Part shown: positions 24,885 to 35,831 of the stretch, in pieces | Layout of the letters: every line of letters starts with the position of its first letter | Position numbering within the stretch: position 1 is the stretch's first letter | Assembly: GCA_002269645.1 (NCBI GenBank) | Contig: NIVC01002245.1 | Coordinates: forward strand, 126,374 to 190,373 | From: Macrostomum lignano | Lineage: Eukaryota | Reading direction: 5' to 3' | DNA length: 64,000 bases | Program-made: the position numbers and the translations under genes | The notes under the pieces: generated by a model | The model's input: only the letters and a program-made list of their open reading frames with translations | Told to the model about the DNA's origin: nothing | The model's database searches: none

Positions 24885-25646
24885 ATGCTGCGACCACTGC
24901 TGTTTCTGCTTCTGAGTCTCAAAATTAGTTGCGGTGCAACTTGCGACTCTCCGAAAGCGACTTTCCACCCGATCTCTGGCGCTGACTGCGTGACGTCCAG
25001 CTTCACCCACACCGTGTGGGGCTCGTGCGATCCGCTGTCCTGCAGCCTGCACTGCGCCAAGATGCCGAACTGCCGGGCCTTCTCGCTGCCGGATGGCGAC
25101 TGCCTCTGCAAGCTGTTCCTGTTCGACAAGTGCAGCCACCGAGTGCAGTCAGAGGCCAACTGCACTCACCGAGTAACCGTGTACGTGAGATCGCTACCTG
25201 GAGTAGCTCCGGGTCGCCTGTGCCCACCCGGATACGACTACTCTCAGTTCGGATCCTCATACAAGGTGTCGGCCTCACTGGTGACCAACTGGGCTGACGC
25301 TCTCTCCCGGTGCGGCCAGGAGGCCGGACTGTCGAAGTTCGCGGACGCTCTGGACTCCGACGAGTCGCATCACCTGATGTGGATAAAAAACGTGTCGAAC
25401 AGCCCTGTAAAGACTTTATTTCTGGGTGGCCACCAGATTCCGGGCTCTGCGACCAAGACGGAAGGCTGGATCTGGGACGCCTGCAACGAGAGCATCCGGA
25501 CCGACGTCTGGGAGCCCGAGAGGCCGAACAAAGGATTGCCGGATCAGGGCTGCGCGGCTGTCCACGCCAATCACAAGATCGGCGTCGATGATTCCCAATG
25601 CTCCTACAGCCGGAAGTACCTCTGCGAGTGCCTGTCCGTGTTCTAA
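24885..25646 (+). CDS. Secreted PAN/apple + C-type lectin protein, copy 2 (253 aa)
   Basis: Intact ORF, near-identical N-terminal half to copy 1. Confidence 0.9.
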   Translation: MLRPLLFLLLSLKISCGATCDSPKATFHPISGADCVTSSFTHTVWGSCDPLSCSLHCAKMPNCRAFSLPDGDCLCKLFLFDKCSHRVQSEANCTHRVTVYVRSLPGVAPGRLCPPGYDYSQFGSSYKVSASLVTNWADALSRCGQEAGLSKFADALDSDESHHLMWIKNVSNSPVKTLFLGGHQIPGSATKTEGWIWDACNESIRTDVWEPERPNKGLPDQGCAAVHANHKIGVDDSQCSYSRKYLCECLSVF

Positions 25647-26779
25647 CTTTACTGCGCTGGACAGAAACCGAAAGTCGCAAAGAACCATCAATAATTGAGG
25701 ATATTGTTGGCAAACTTCATTGCTGTTCTATTAGAAATTTTGCTCTACGGCGCTGATATTTTAACACCTGTTCGGCTTGTTTTCAACCACGGTTGTACGT
25801 TGGTAATTTAAACATAAATCTTGACATAATGCCCATACTATCACTTTATTCGCGCATCTTTAAATGTTCAATCAATAATAATTTGTAACACAATTTTTTT
25901 AAATCTTTGATTGAATATTTGAAAAAAATGCATGTAACTTTTTTCTGCCTAATTTGTTCTCTAGGACTAAAGCTGACTTTACATTGTACTGCCATTGCGT
26001 TTTCTGATCCTGATTCGTTATCGTTTTGCACGAGAGCTGCCTCGATTCCGCGAATTTTCCGCGTGTACTTCGCACTGTAGTTTTTCAATTTTGTTTTATC
26101 TATGTAGCTGCTCCATGTTCCTTTACTAATAGCTTTGCTATCGGAACTATTGCATAAGTAAAAATCGATATTGAAGATCATCGTGCATAATTCAAAATGG
26201 TAATCCATTTAGTGTGACACCTACAACTATGTGCTTCGCTTCTTGTCGTGTCGTCAATGCTTAGCTTGTTCATTTGCGAAGTATTTGCCTTTAACTAGGC
26301 GATCGTGGCGCGAGAGCAATACAGGCGAGGGGTATAAAACTGTAATACAGCGTACATGTCCGAGCGTGCGTGCATGCATGCAAATGAGTCACAAAGTATG
26401 TAGAAGTGAGAGCGCGAGACAGAGAAGTCACGGGTTTAAAACTGGGGGTGGCAATTACGCAATATGCAGAGCGAGTGAGTCTGTCAGTCACAACAGTGTG
26501 CCAGGGCTCAGCGCCCCGGCACCACATCCCCTTTCACCAACAAGGAGCCAGGCGGTCAGGTGGGATGCTCTTGGTGCAGCGCTCGCTCCTCCTTGGCGGC
26601 GAATCCGCCAGCTCGCCAACTCGGTCGTGTCGAGGCGGTTCGAGGGCCTGCGGTTCTTCCGGGTCGGTTTTCGCCACCTTGCCATCCGCCTCCGCCGCCT
26701 CTGCCTGATCAGGCTCGGCTGCTGTGGTTGAGGGCGCGGCAGGCAGCATGCGCAGTTGTCCCGGTGCGCCAGCAGGGAC

Positions 26780-27075
26780 CGGTCAAACTCGCCCTTGGTA
26801 ATGATCGCCGTGTTGTGGTCCGCCTGCACGACAAACCGGGCATGCTCAGCCGGTCTCTCTGCTGCCGAGCAATTTTACCAAACATTGTGCCGGATTCGGT
26901 GCTTAATCTTCATCAGGACCGGGTCATTTTCCGTAGTCTGGGAGATCTCGTCCAGCTTTAGCACGTCGGTCTCTGTCCAGTGGATGAATTGATCTTCGTT
27001 GCTTGCCAGCGGATCGCCCTCCTCCTTGAAACCCATCCTTGACAGGGCATCCACGTGCGGAATGGTCAGATGAGA
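26780..27075 (-). mobile_element. Gypsy-type pol fragment (RNase H end and linker)
   Basis: TIPHVDALSRM.F and L.EISQTTENDPVLMKIKHRIRHNVW, typical of the RNase H-integrase linker; distinct from the full-length element. Confidence 0.65.
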
Positions 27076-27099
27076 GTGGAAAGGACAGGAAATAGAAGA

Positions 27100-27945
27100 T
27101 GAGAGACTAAACAAGAGATAAGAGAAAAGATAAGAGAAAAGAAGAGGGGAGAGAAGAGGAGATCCAGGGAGAGAGATCAAGAGGAGAGACAGGGAGAGAC
27201 AGGAGAAGAGAGATGGAGAGAGAGACAAAAGGAGAGACAGGGAGAGAGGAGAGGAGAGACAGGAAGAGACAAGAGGAGAGACAGGGAGAGAGGAGAGGAG
27301 AGACAGGAAGAGACAAGAGGAGAGACAGGAAGAGACAAGAGGAGAGACAGGGAGAGACAAGAGGAGAGACAAGGAGAGACAAGAGGAGAGACAGGGAGAG
27401 AGGAGAGGAGAGACAGGAAGAGACAAGAGGAGAGACAGGAAGAGACAAGAGGAGAGACAGGGAGAGAGGAGAGGAGAGACAGGGAGAGAGAAAAGGAGAG
27501 ACAGGGAGAGACAAGAGAAGAGACAGGGAGAGAGGAGAGGAGAGACAGGGAGAGAGAAGAGGAGAGACAGGGAGAGACAAGAGGAGAGACAGGGAGAGAG
27601 GAGAGGAAAGACAGGGAGAAAGAAGAGGAGAGACAGGGAGAGACCAGAGGAGAGACAGGGAGAGAGGAGAGGAGAGACAGGGAGAGAGGAGAGGAAAGAC
27701 AGGGAGAAAGAAGAGGAGAGACAGGGAGAGACCAGAGGAGAGACAGGGAGAGAGGAGAGGAGAGACAGGGAGAGACCAGAGGAGAGACAGGGAGAGAGGA
27801 GAGGAGAGACAGGGAGAGACCAGAGGAGAGACAGGGAGAGAGGAGAGGAGAGACAGGGAGAGACCAGAGGAGAGACAGGGAGAGAGGAGACTGAACGAGA
27901 AGAAGGGAGAGAAGAGAAAGAGAACTGAGAAGAGACAAAACTTGA
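27100..27945 (+). repeat. Expanded polypurine tract (gaggagagacagggaga and variants), about 850 bp, duplication unit 2
   Basis: Nearly pure A/G with isolated C; produces the spurious Ser/Leu/Pro and Arg/Glu ORFs. Confidence 0.95.
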
Positions 27946-27974
27946 GCATACAGGATTGCTATTGCGCAGTTTTA

Positions 27975-28027
27975 AAGGACCCGAGGGCCGCATGTGGCCC
28001 GCTCGCCGAAGTTTGTCGACCCCCTGG
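27975..28027 (-). mobile_element. hAT (Charlie-like) terminus remnant
   Basis: Reverse complement CAGGGGGTCGACAAACTTCGGCGAGCGGGCCACATGCGGCCC. Confidence 0.6.
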
Positions 28028-28035
28028 CTTACTAT

Positions 28036-28870
28036 TGTCATGAATGTGTTATGACAGTGTGCTCTTTGTTTAGTTGCTGCACCGGGCCAGTGGGCCGTCC
28101 TCTCCCCCTCCCCCCTCCTTAGATATTTTCTGACTCACTCACCTGCACTTCTGCGCGTGCGTACCCCTCCCCTCCCTGCCTAGACCTTTTCTGTTGAGTC
28201 AACCCCCCCATGCTCTGCGTGCGACCCCCCCCCCTGTGCGACCCCGCCCCATTTTTGTTAGCTTTGCTGCCCCGCCCCTGTTTGTGATTGGCTGCCAGTC
28301 CCAGTCTGCCGTGCTGCGCCCCGGCGATTGGCTGGTACAGCTCATGCGTTGCCTTGGCTGATGTCTAAGTCCCCTTTTCTGCCTTTATCCCGCGCCCTCG
28401 ACCCCCAGTTTGCTGCCTATTTTTTCAGACCCCCTTGAGACCCCATTCTCGTCGTCTTCGTGGCTCCTCGGCGATTGTGCCAGTGTTGGTTGCTGAATTG
28501 CTATTCCTCGCAGAATTGCTAGACAAATATATAAGTAAAGAATATCGAGATCACCACTGCTCTGACGGCGCTGTTTCTTGTACGACTGAAATCGCGGCTG
28601 GTAAGCCTTCCAATTTGTACGTCATTTGGGTCTGCATCTGTACTAGGCACCTTAGAGGGATTAAGTGCGTCGTACGCCGGTCCCACCCCAAGCAGCTCTG
28701 CGTCGTACGCGAGTCTGTAGGCTGTCGTGCGTCGTACGCTCGAGCAGCCTAGTCCCGACGGACACCGCGTCGTACGCGTGTCAGTGGAGGACCGCAGCCA
28801 GGGTCAGTACACGAACCCGGGTCTGGGAAAGGGGCACGAAAGGACCGAGCCCTTGAGCCCCATCATCACA
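28036..28870 (+). repeat. 5' LTR (835 bp)
   Basis: tgtcatgaat...catcatcaca; by eye differs from the 3' LTR only by two C-homopolymer lengths. Confidence 0.97.
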
Positions 28871-28873
28871 AAT

Positions 28874-28891
28874 TGGCATCCTTGGTGGGAC
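28874..28891 (+). promoter_or_regulatory. Primer-binding site
   Basis: TGGCATCCTTGGTGGGAC three nt after the 5' LTR; TGG is complementary to tRNA CCA. Priming tRNA not identified. Confidence 0.7.
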
Positions 28892-28978
28892 CCTGCGCTG
28901 TGGAAGACTAAGCAAGGAAGAAAGCTCGAGGCGCGGAATATTGTGAGAAATTAAGGTTAGAAACTGTGACGCCGTGGT

Positions 28979-30032
28979 ATGGATGCTGGAGGTGCTGCTG
29001 GAGGTGCTGCTGGAGGTGCGGCTGGGGTGCGACTGGAGGTGCTGCTGGAGGTGCTGCTGGAGCCTTTGGTGTTAATGATCTGGTCGCCGCTTGACTGCCC
29101 AGATTCAGCAGAACATGCAGCAAGCGGGGGCTCTCAGGATTCAGAGGCCGGTGAAGTATGCTCCTGGAATGAATTTCGTGAAGTGGTTGAGGCTCTTCGT
29201 AGCTTATTGCGATGCCATGCAGATTCCGATGCAGAATCGGCGCGCTCAGTTGCTCAGCAATCTAGACTTCAGCACATTCCAAGTTGTCGACAACATGAAC
29301 CTTGGGGACGACTTGCAGTTCGAAGAATTTACCCAGGCCTTGAGGGATAGGTTCACTATGCACCGTACCGTCGTCGACTACCGCACAGAACTGAGCAATA
29401 GAGAGCAGAGCGAGAAGGAGTCGGTAGAAGATTTCTCTGAAGCTGTGATTGAGTTGGTCGCAAACGCCTTTCCTGATGCGCCTGCCGATGTGCGCGATGA
29501 TCTTGCGAAAGAGCGATTTATGCGAGGCGTCCGTGCGGGGGTGGCTGTGCGGGAGCGATTGTACATGAGCCAGCCGGAGACCTTAGCAGACGCGATGCGT
29601 CTAGTGCATCAGCTGGAAGCGGCGGTTAGGGCAAGTCACGGTCCACCAGGTCAGGGATCAAAAAGAGCTACCGTCTGTGCTGTCACAGCTGAGACTAGAA
29701 ATGAGGCTTCCGAAAGCAGTGAGGTCGAGATGCTTCGAAAACAGCTTGCGGCCATGGAGATGCGAATGAAAGAGATGGAGGAGCGGAGGTCTGGAGAAGC
29801 GGAAGAGCCGACCCCGGCGAGTCGGAAGGCTGTGCAGTGTTTTTCGTGTCGAGAGTGGGGCCATATCTCATCAAAGTGTCCCAAGAAAACCAGCCAGACA
29901 AGTGGAAACGGGAAATCGCCAGTACGATGTCACAAGTGCAACGGTGAAGGCCACCTATCCTTCAAGTGTCCGAAGTCGGGAAACGGGCCGAGGGGACCGA
30001 CCGGGGAGAGTCGGGACCCTGCCAGGAAGTGA
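28979..30032 (+). CDS. Gypsy gag (Gly/Ala-rich N-terminus, two CCHC zinc knuckles), two apparent 1-nt deletions near the start
   Basis: CFSCREWGHISSKC and CHKCNGEGHLSFKC; adding one base at about 29025 and about 29090 gives a continuous MDAGGAAGG...AFGVNDLVAALTAQIQQ. Confidence 0.9.
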
Positions 30033-33000
30033 AGTCTCCCAGGAGCGAGGAACCGGGGTTGCTCACTAACTCTGTAAATAAATCCAAGTGCGTCTCTGGT
30101 GATGGGAATTCAAAGAGCAACCTGGTTCATGAGGCGTGTTCGTCGGTATCAACGGAGCCTCTGACAGTTTTTATTTCCGGTGCGGTTTCCGGCAAGCCAG
30201 TGGCTCTGCTGTTAGACAGTGGTGCGAGTGTGTCAGTGCTGAGCTGTGATGTTTTCCTGAGGCTGCCGCAAGAGGTGAGGGAGAGACTGACTGCAATGGA
30301 CGGTTCCCTTTCAACGGCCAATGGAGGTGCGATGAGGATGAGAGGCTGCATTGTGCTGGACGTGGAGATTGGCGGCGAGCGGTGGTCAGCGAATTTCTTC
30401 GTAGTGGACGGATTACGTTATGATGTCATTCTCGGGTCCGAATTTTTCAAACAGCATCGTTGCGTCATCAACTATTCAGAGTTTGTCTTTCGAGTGGGCG
30501 ATGTTAGAGTTCCGATACGGCAGAAAGGCGAGCTGCCCGTGGTGTGTCGAATCAAAGCCGAGACAACGGTATTCCTGGAACCGGCGCAAGAAGTGATCAT
30601 GCCAGCCAGGGTAGAGAAAAAGGGCGCAAGAAACTGCGGATCTGTCGGCATAACGGAAGAAAAGTCAGTGAAGGCCTCTGAGAAGGATTTGGCGCTGGCT
30701 CGAGCTCTGGTAGCGCCGGCGTGGATGGACGGCTGCCGATGAGATTGCTGAATACGTCCAGTTGTAGGAAGAGGGTCAAGAAAGGAGAGACGATTGGCTG
30801 GTTTATTCCTTTGGAACCGAACGGAGGTATCAACGTGGTGCGCTTGGACGACGACGTAGAGGCCAAGAATGAAGCGGAGGCATGGGACCCGATCGAAGAA
30901 TTCCGCGAGTGGGGTTCGTGTGGCCTGTCGGAGGAGGAGGAAGCCGACTTCAGGGAGCTGATTTCCCAACATCGGGCTGTCTTTGCTAAGGACTCCAAGG
31001 ATCTGGGCTGTACGACGGTGATGAAGCACGAGATCGACACTGGAGATGCCAGGCCTGTGAAAGAGGCGGCGAGGCGGATTCCCCCGTACCTGCGGCAGGA
31101 AGTGGACAAGGAGTTGGATGACTTGCTGGAAGCTGGGAGAATCAGCGAGGTTCAGTCCCCATGGTGCTCTCCGGTGGTGTGCGTGAAAAAGAAGGACGGT
31201 TCCCTGAGGTTCTGTTGTGACTACCGGAAACTGAATGAAGTGACCAAGAAGGATGCAGTGCCGTTGCCCAGGACAGATGACCTGTTGGAGAGCCTAGGCG
31301 GTGCCAAGATTTTTTCGACCATGGACATGCAGTCGGGATACTGGCAGATGGCGGTGGAACCCAGCGACAGACTGAAGACGGCCTTTGGCGTTTCACACCG
31401 GGTACAGCAGTACGCCTGGAACGTTATGCCATTTGGATTGACAAATGCACCGGCTTCATTCAGCCGGCTAATGAATGTGGTGTTGGGGAAGTTGTGCTGG
31501 AAGACGTGTTTGGTGTATCTGGACGACCTGCTAGTGTGGTCACGAACGGTGGAAGAGCACCTGGAACGGTTGCAAACGGTTTTTCGACGGTTGCGAGCAG
31601 CGAACATCAAACTGAAGCCGAAGAAGTGCGCATTCCTGCTGAAGTCAGTGACCTTCCTGGGACACGTAGTGTCAGCTGATGGGATCGCCACGAGTCCAGA
31701 AAAGATTGCCGAAATTCGTGACTGGCCAACTCCGAGGAATGTGAAGGAAGTAAGGTCATTCCTGGGACTGTGCGGGTATTACCGGCAATTCATCGCAGAT
31801 TTTTCCCGCATTGCTGAGCCGATGCTGCGACGGACCCGACATGATTGCCCGTGGAGCTGGGATGAGGAGTGTCAAGCCGCATTCGAGGCCCTGAAGGAAA
31901 GGTTGCAGGGATCTGAGGTCATGGCGTTTCCAAACTTTGCGGAGGACGCTGGAGAATTCGTTTTAGACACAGACGGTAGCACAAAAGAAGGAATTGGCGC
32001 TGTGCTTTCGCAGGTGCAGAAAGATGGGAGTGAGAAGGTAATAGCTTACGGAAGCAGGACGTTGTCGCGAGAAGAACGGAATTACTGCACGACACGAGTC
32101 GAGTTGCTGGCCGTGGTGTTTTTCGTACAGAAGTTTCGTTATTACTGATGGGGCGAGAGTTTCTAGTGCGCACCGATCACAGCAGCTTGAAGTGGCTGCA
32201 TTCGCTGCGGGACGTAGAAGGACAACTGGCCAGATGGCTGGAACTCTTGGCTCCGTACAGGTATCGCATCGAACATCGTCCGGGAGTGAAACATCAACAC
32301 GCGGACGCTCTCTCCAGGAAGCCACGTCGGCGCCATCAAGGAAGCGAGAGTTGTCCTGGATGTGCACAAGAGCAGATCGGCGTGAACGCGTTGGGATTGC
32401 AGAAGTGGACCTCGGAGGAGATCAGAGAGAGCCAGAAGATGGACAGCGACATTCGTCAGGCGATGGAGCTGCTGGCTCACGGCGACGGAGAGATAACCGA
32501 AGAGCATTTGCGGCGCATATCACCGACGGCAAGGAGGATTGTCGAAAGACGTCGTGACCTTGAGGTGTCGGACAGTGAGGTGTTGCTGTGTCATACGGCA
32601 GTAGACGTCAGCCGCAAGTGGTGTTGCCACGGAATATGCTGAGAGCGGTGCTGGAAGAAGCTCATGGTGGACGGAGTGGAGGGCACGTTGGGATTTTCAA
32701 GACCAAGGAGAAGGTGCGGCAATCGTTTTGGAGGCCGGGACTTGGCCGCGAGGTCGAAGAGCACGTAAAAGCCTGTTTGGACTGCACCAAGGCCAAAGCT
32801 GGCAAGAAACCAATTGCACCGATGGAGCCGATTCCGAGTTCAAGCCCATTCGATATCGTGATGACGGACGTCATCGGGCCGCTGCCACGGAGCAAGAAAG
32901 GAAACTTCTACATCCTCACGGTGCAAGATGCGTTCTCAAAGTGGCCTGACGCTTATGCCATCCGGAACCAGAAGGCGGCAACGATCGCAAGGGTGCTATT

Positions 33001-34169
33001 CGAACGCTGGATTGCAAATCACGGGTGCCCCCGGGTACTTCACTCAGACCAAGGAAGGAACTTTGAGTCGGGGATCATCAGGAAGCTGTGCGAGCTGTTG
33101 GGTGTGAAGAAGACCAGGACGAGCGCCTACCACCCGAGTGGCAACGGACAGGTGGAACGATTTAATGGGTTCCTGAAGAACAGTTTGCGCACGTATCTGG
33201 TACAGAAGGGTCAGAACGCCTGGGAGGAGTACCTGCCAAGTGCATTGATGGCTTATCGATCGACGGTCCAGGCGTCCACCGGTTACACGCCCTACTACAT
33301 GCTGCATGGTCAGGAGATGCCACTGGGATTCGAACCAGAGGACCTTAGGCGAAAGACGGACAGCTGTCCCTTGTTTGTGCAAGAGATCAAGCAGAACCTG
33401 CTTCATGCCCATGAACGCATTCGAGAAGGACGCGAGACGGTTCAGCGACGGCAGAAAATGAATTACGATCGGAAGTGAAGGGCAAAGCGATTCAGAAGGG
33501 CGACTCTGTCTTGCTGTACTATCCGTGCTTGGAGATGGGAGAGAAAAGCAAGTTCATATCAACTGGCGCGGCCCAGTGAAGGTCCTGGAGAAGCTGTCAG
33601 ATGCGTTGTACCGAGTGCAGGATCCGACACAGCCGCAGAAGACCAAGGTGGTGCACTTCAACAATCTCCGGCCGGTTCAGGGCCAGACGGAGGCGGCAGA
33701 CGATCAAGAGACAGGAGAGGAAATTGGGAGGGCCAGTTCGGGAAAAACCAGGCCGCGACGTGGTAATTCCGCTGCTGGACGAAGCCGAAGGCAGAGAGTG
33801 CAACGGGGCGAGACCCAGAGGTGGACCGCAGCGCGAGGGCCGCAGGACCAGGAATCCGAGCAGGAAGATGAAGAGTTTGAAGATCTTCAGCTGCGGTTTC
33901 AAGATCCAAGAGATCACGCTCCACCGGACACCCGAAATCTGGCCGAGGACCGTGAGCCCGGACCTGAGCGTCCAGAAGCAGACGATGACGAAGAAGAGCA
34001 CTTTGATGAGGCGCGGTACGACGAGGAGCAAAACGAAGAGGATGAGGCAGAGCCGAACGACGCCAACGTACCCGAGCAAGAAGTGAGGACGGCACAGGAG
34101 GAAGCAGGGCGACCAAGACGTCTGCGGCGACCGCCAGATCGGTTTGGGGTCCCGGTGTACCACTACTGA
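29966..34169 (+). CDS. Gypsy pol (protease, RT, RNase H, integrase), split by four apparent frameshifts
   Basis: LLDSGAS; LRFCCDYRKLN, MPFGLTNAPASF, VYLDD; VLDTDGS, TDHSSL, HADALSR; H-H-C-C zinc finger, TDVIGP/HSDQG/GQVER (DDE); WRGP GPY/F-like motif. Breaks at about 30735, 32146, 32595, 33476. Confidence 0.93.
29978..30025 (+). promoter_or_regulatory. Candidate -1 ribosomal frameshift signal (G GGA AAC plus downstream hairpin)
   Basis: Heptamer at 29978-29984 is in the correct phase of gag; pol is in the -1 frame; 6 nt downstream AGGG-GA-CCGAC/GTCGG-GA-CCCT can pair. Confidence 0.7.
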
Positions 34170-34268
34170 AGAAGGGTCCGGTGTACGGCGCTTGGATAGC
34201 CAAGGGGGAAGGGAGGTACATGTCGTGCGTGTCTCATTGCTCATCGGAGTTAGGCCGGACTGTTACAG

Positions 34269-35255
34269 ATGGCGGACCTCTACGAGTGTCTTGGAGTGCA
34301 GCTGTGGGCGTCTGCGGCACAGATTCGGAAAGCGTTCTACGGTCGAGCACGCGAACTGCACCCTGACAAGAGCGCAACAGAGGAGACGCGGAAGAGATTC
34401 CAGGAGTGCGAAGAGGCGTACCGAATACTGTCGTGTCCGTTCCTTAGAAAGCTGTACGATATCTTTGGAAATGCTGTTCGTGACCGGGATGAGATGCTTC
34501 GGCTCGCAGAAGGAATGTTAGAGGATGACGACATGCCCGACGATCTCCGAGAAGAGATAGAAAGACTACAAGAGAGCGACCGATTAGCTGAGGAGGCGTA
34601 CGAGAGAGAACAGGCGAGGAGGGATGAGGAGCACGTCAAGATGGAGGCAAGTGAGGAGGCCTCAGACGATGAGCAGGACGAAGAGATGAACGAGGCGAGT
34701 GAGACACTGCCAGAGGAGTACGAGGTCGAGAAGGTCTTAGGAGTACGAGTTACGGAGCGAGGAGCGGAGTATCTGCTGCAGTGGGCCGGTGTAGAGGAGC
34801 TTGAGACGTCATGGGAAGCGGAGGAAGATTGTGCCGGATGTAGAAACCTGATTGAAGAATATCTGCAGAGAGCGTACCGGCTTCAGACAAGACCGTGCCG
34901 ACCAGTGACCGTCGCGGAACTGGAGAACGTAGGACCCAGTCGGAAGAAACTGCACCAGGCAATGCGGAAGGGCGATCCGTGGGGCATCTTTGAGGTGCTG
35001 CTAGCCCTGAAGGGGAAGTGCGCCACTGCCTCGGTGGATTTCAAGGAATTCGGTCCGGAGTTGATGCTGCAAATCCTGGGCTACTTAGAGCGAGACGGTC
35101 GCAAGTATCCGGGGCACGGAGTTCGTCGGTGGAGTCGCCAAGCGTGTCAAGCTGTCTACATGTCGGTGATGGTGGTGTTCCCGCTGTTTGACCTGCGACG
35201 CCAGGGTTTGGTCCTGGGTGCCCTCCGTAGGCTGTGGGATTCGTGCTCTGACTGA
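34269..35255 (+). CDS. Retrotransposon accessory ORF: J-domain (DnaJ) + acidic linker + chromodomain + unknown C-terminal domain (328 aa)
   Basis: DLYECLGV..ASAAQIRKAFY..ARELHPDK....F.ECEEAYRILS....RKLYD.FG (J-domain, HPD intact); EEYEVEKVLGVR......EYLLQWAG.....TSWEAEED..GC..LIEEY (chromodomain). Uninterrupted ORF between integrase and PPT. Confidence 0.9.
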   Translation: MADLYECLGVQLWASAAQIRKAFYGRARELHPDKSATEETRKRFQECEEAYRILSCPFLRKLYDIFGNAVRDRDEMLRLAEGMLEDDDMPDDLREEIERLQESDRLAEEAYEREQARRDEEHVKMEASEEASDDEQDEEMNEASETLPEEYEVEKVLGVRVTERGAEYLLQWAGVEELETSWEAEEDCAGCRNLIEEYLQRAYRLQTRPCRPVTVAELENVGPSRKKLHQAMRKGDPWGIFEVLLALKGKCATASVDFKEFGPELMLQILGYLERDGRKYPGHGVRRWSRQACQAVYMSVMVVFPLFDLRRQGLVLGALRRLWDSCSD

Positions 35256-35819
35256 GGCTATGTCTTCCTAGGGACTTTGGGGCTAGGGACTTTGCAGTGC
35301 AGACCCAGGGACAGCGGAGCGGAGGTGGACCGGCCTTAACGGGTGCTGACGGAGCGACACGGCTGTGCAGCAACCGCAGGACTCGACGACCAGCGCAGAG
35401 CGACCAGAGCAACCGGCGACAGTAGCGACAGGGAGACGAGGCACCAGAGCGACGGCCGTACTCGGCGGGATGCAGGGAAGCAGTGCTAGTATTACTTGTG
35501 AGGTTAAATGTTTGACGGTTTCATTTTTTTGTTTTTTGTTAACATTTAGCGTTTTTTTTTCGAACTTCAGCGTTTTTGTTAAAGTGAGTTTTTCCCAAAA
35601 TTTGCGTTTTGCTTCCCAATGATGCGTACTCACTATCCTATGTTTGAAGGTTTCTTCGTCATTTTTAAACGGTATAATCACTGCGGTTTTGTTTTTTGTT
35701 CGAACTAGTTGCCATGCGAGTCCAAAATATTTTTCAAATGCGGTTTGTTCCTCTGTTCAATTTTTTTGTTATAGTAGCATCATTTCAATATTCGACTTTT
35801 CGAACTCGAACTTTTGTCT

Positions 35820-35831
35820 AGGGGGAGGGAG
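35820..35831 (+). promoter_or_regulatory. Polypurine tract
   Basis: AGGGGGAGGGAG immediately before the 3' LTR. Confidence 0.9.

Noticed and set aside
27107-28043. Ser/Leu/Pro-rich and Arg/Glu-rich ORFs
   Set aside because: Translations of the polypurine tract; only the TIPHVDALSR portion of 26875-28041 is real (Gypsy fragment).
28435-28856. Identical ORFs at 28435/36229 and 28665/36459
   Set aside because: They lie inside the two LTRs; identity reflects LTR duplication and they have no protein-like features.
34269-35255. LxCxE Rb-binding motif as in polyomavirus T antigen
   Set aside because: No LxCxE occurs in the translated ORF; the T-antigen comparison is limited to the J-domain.
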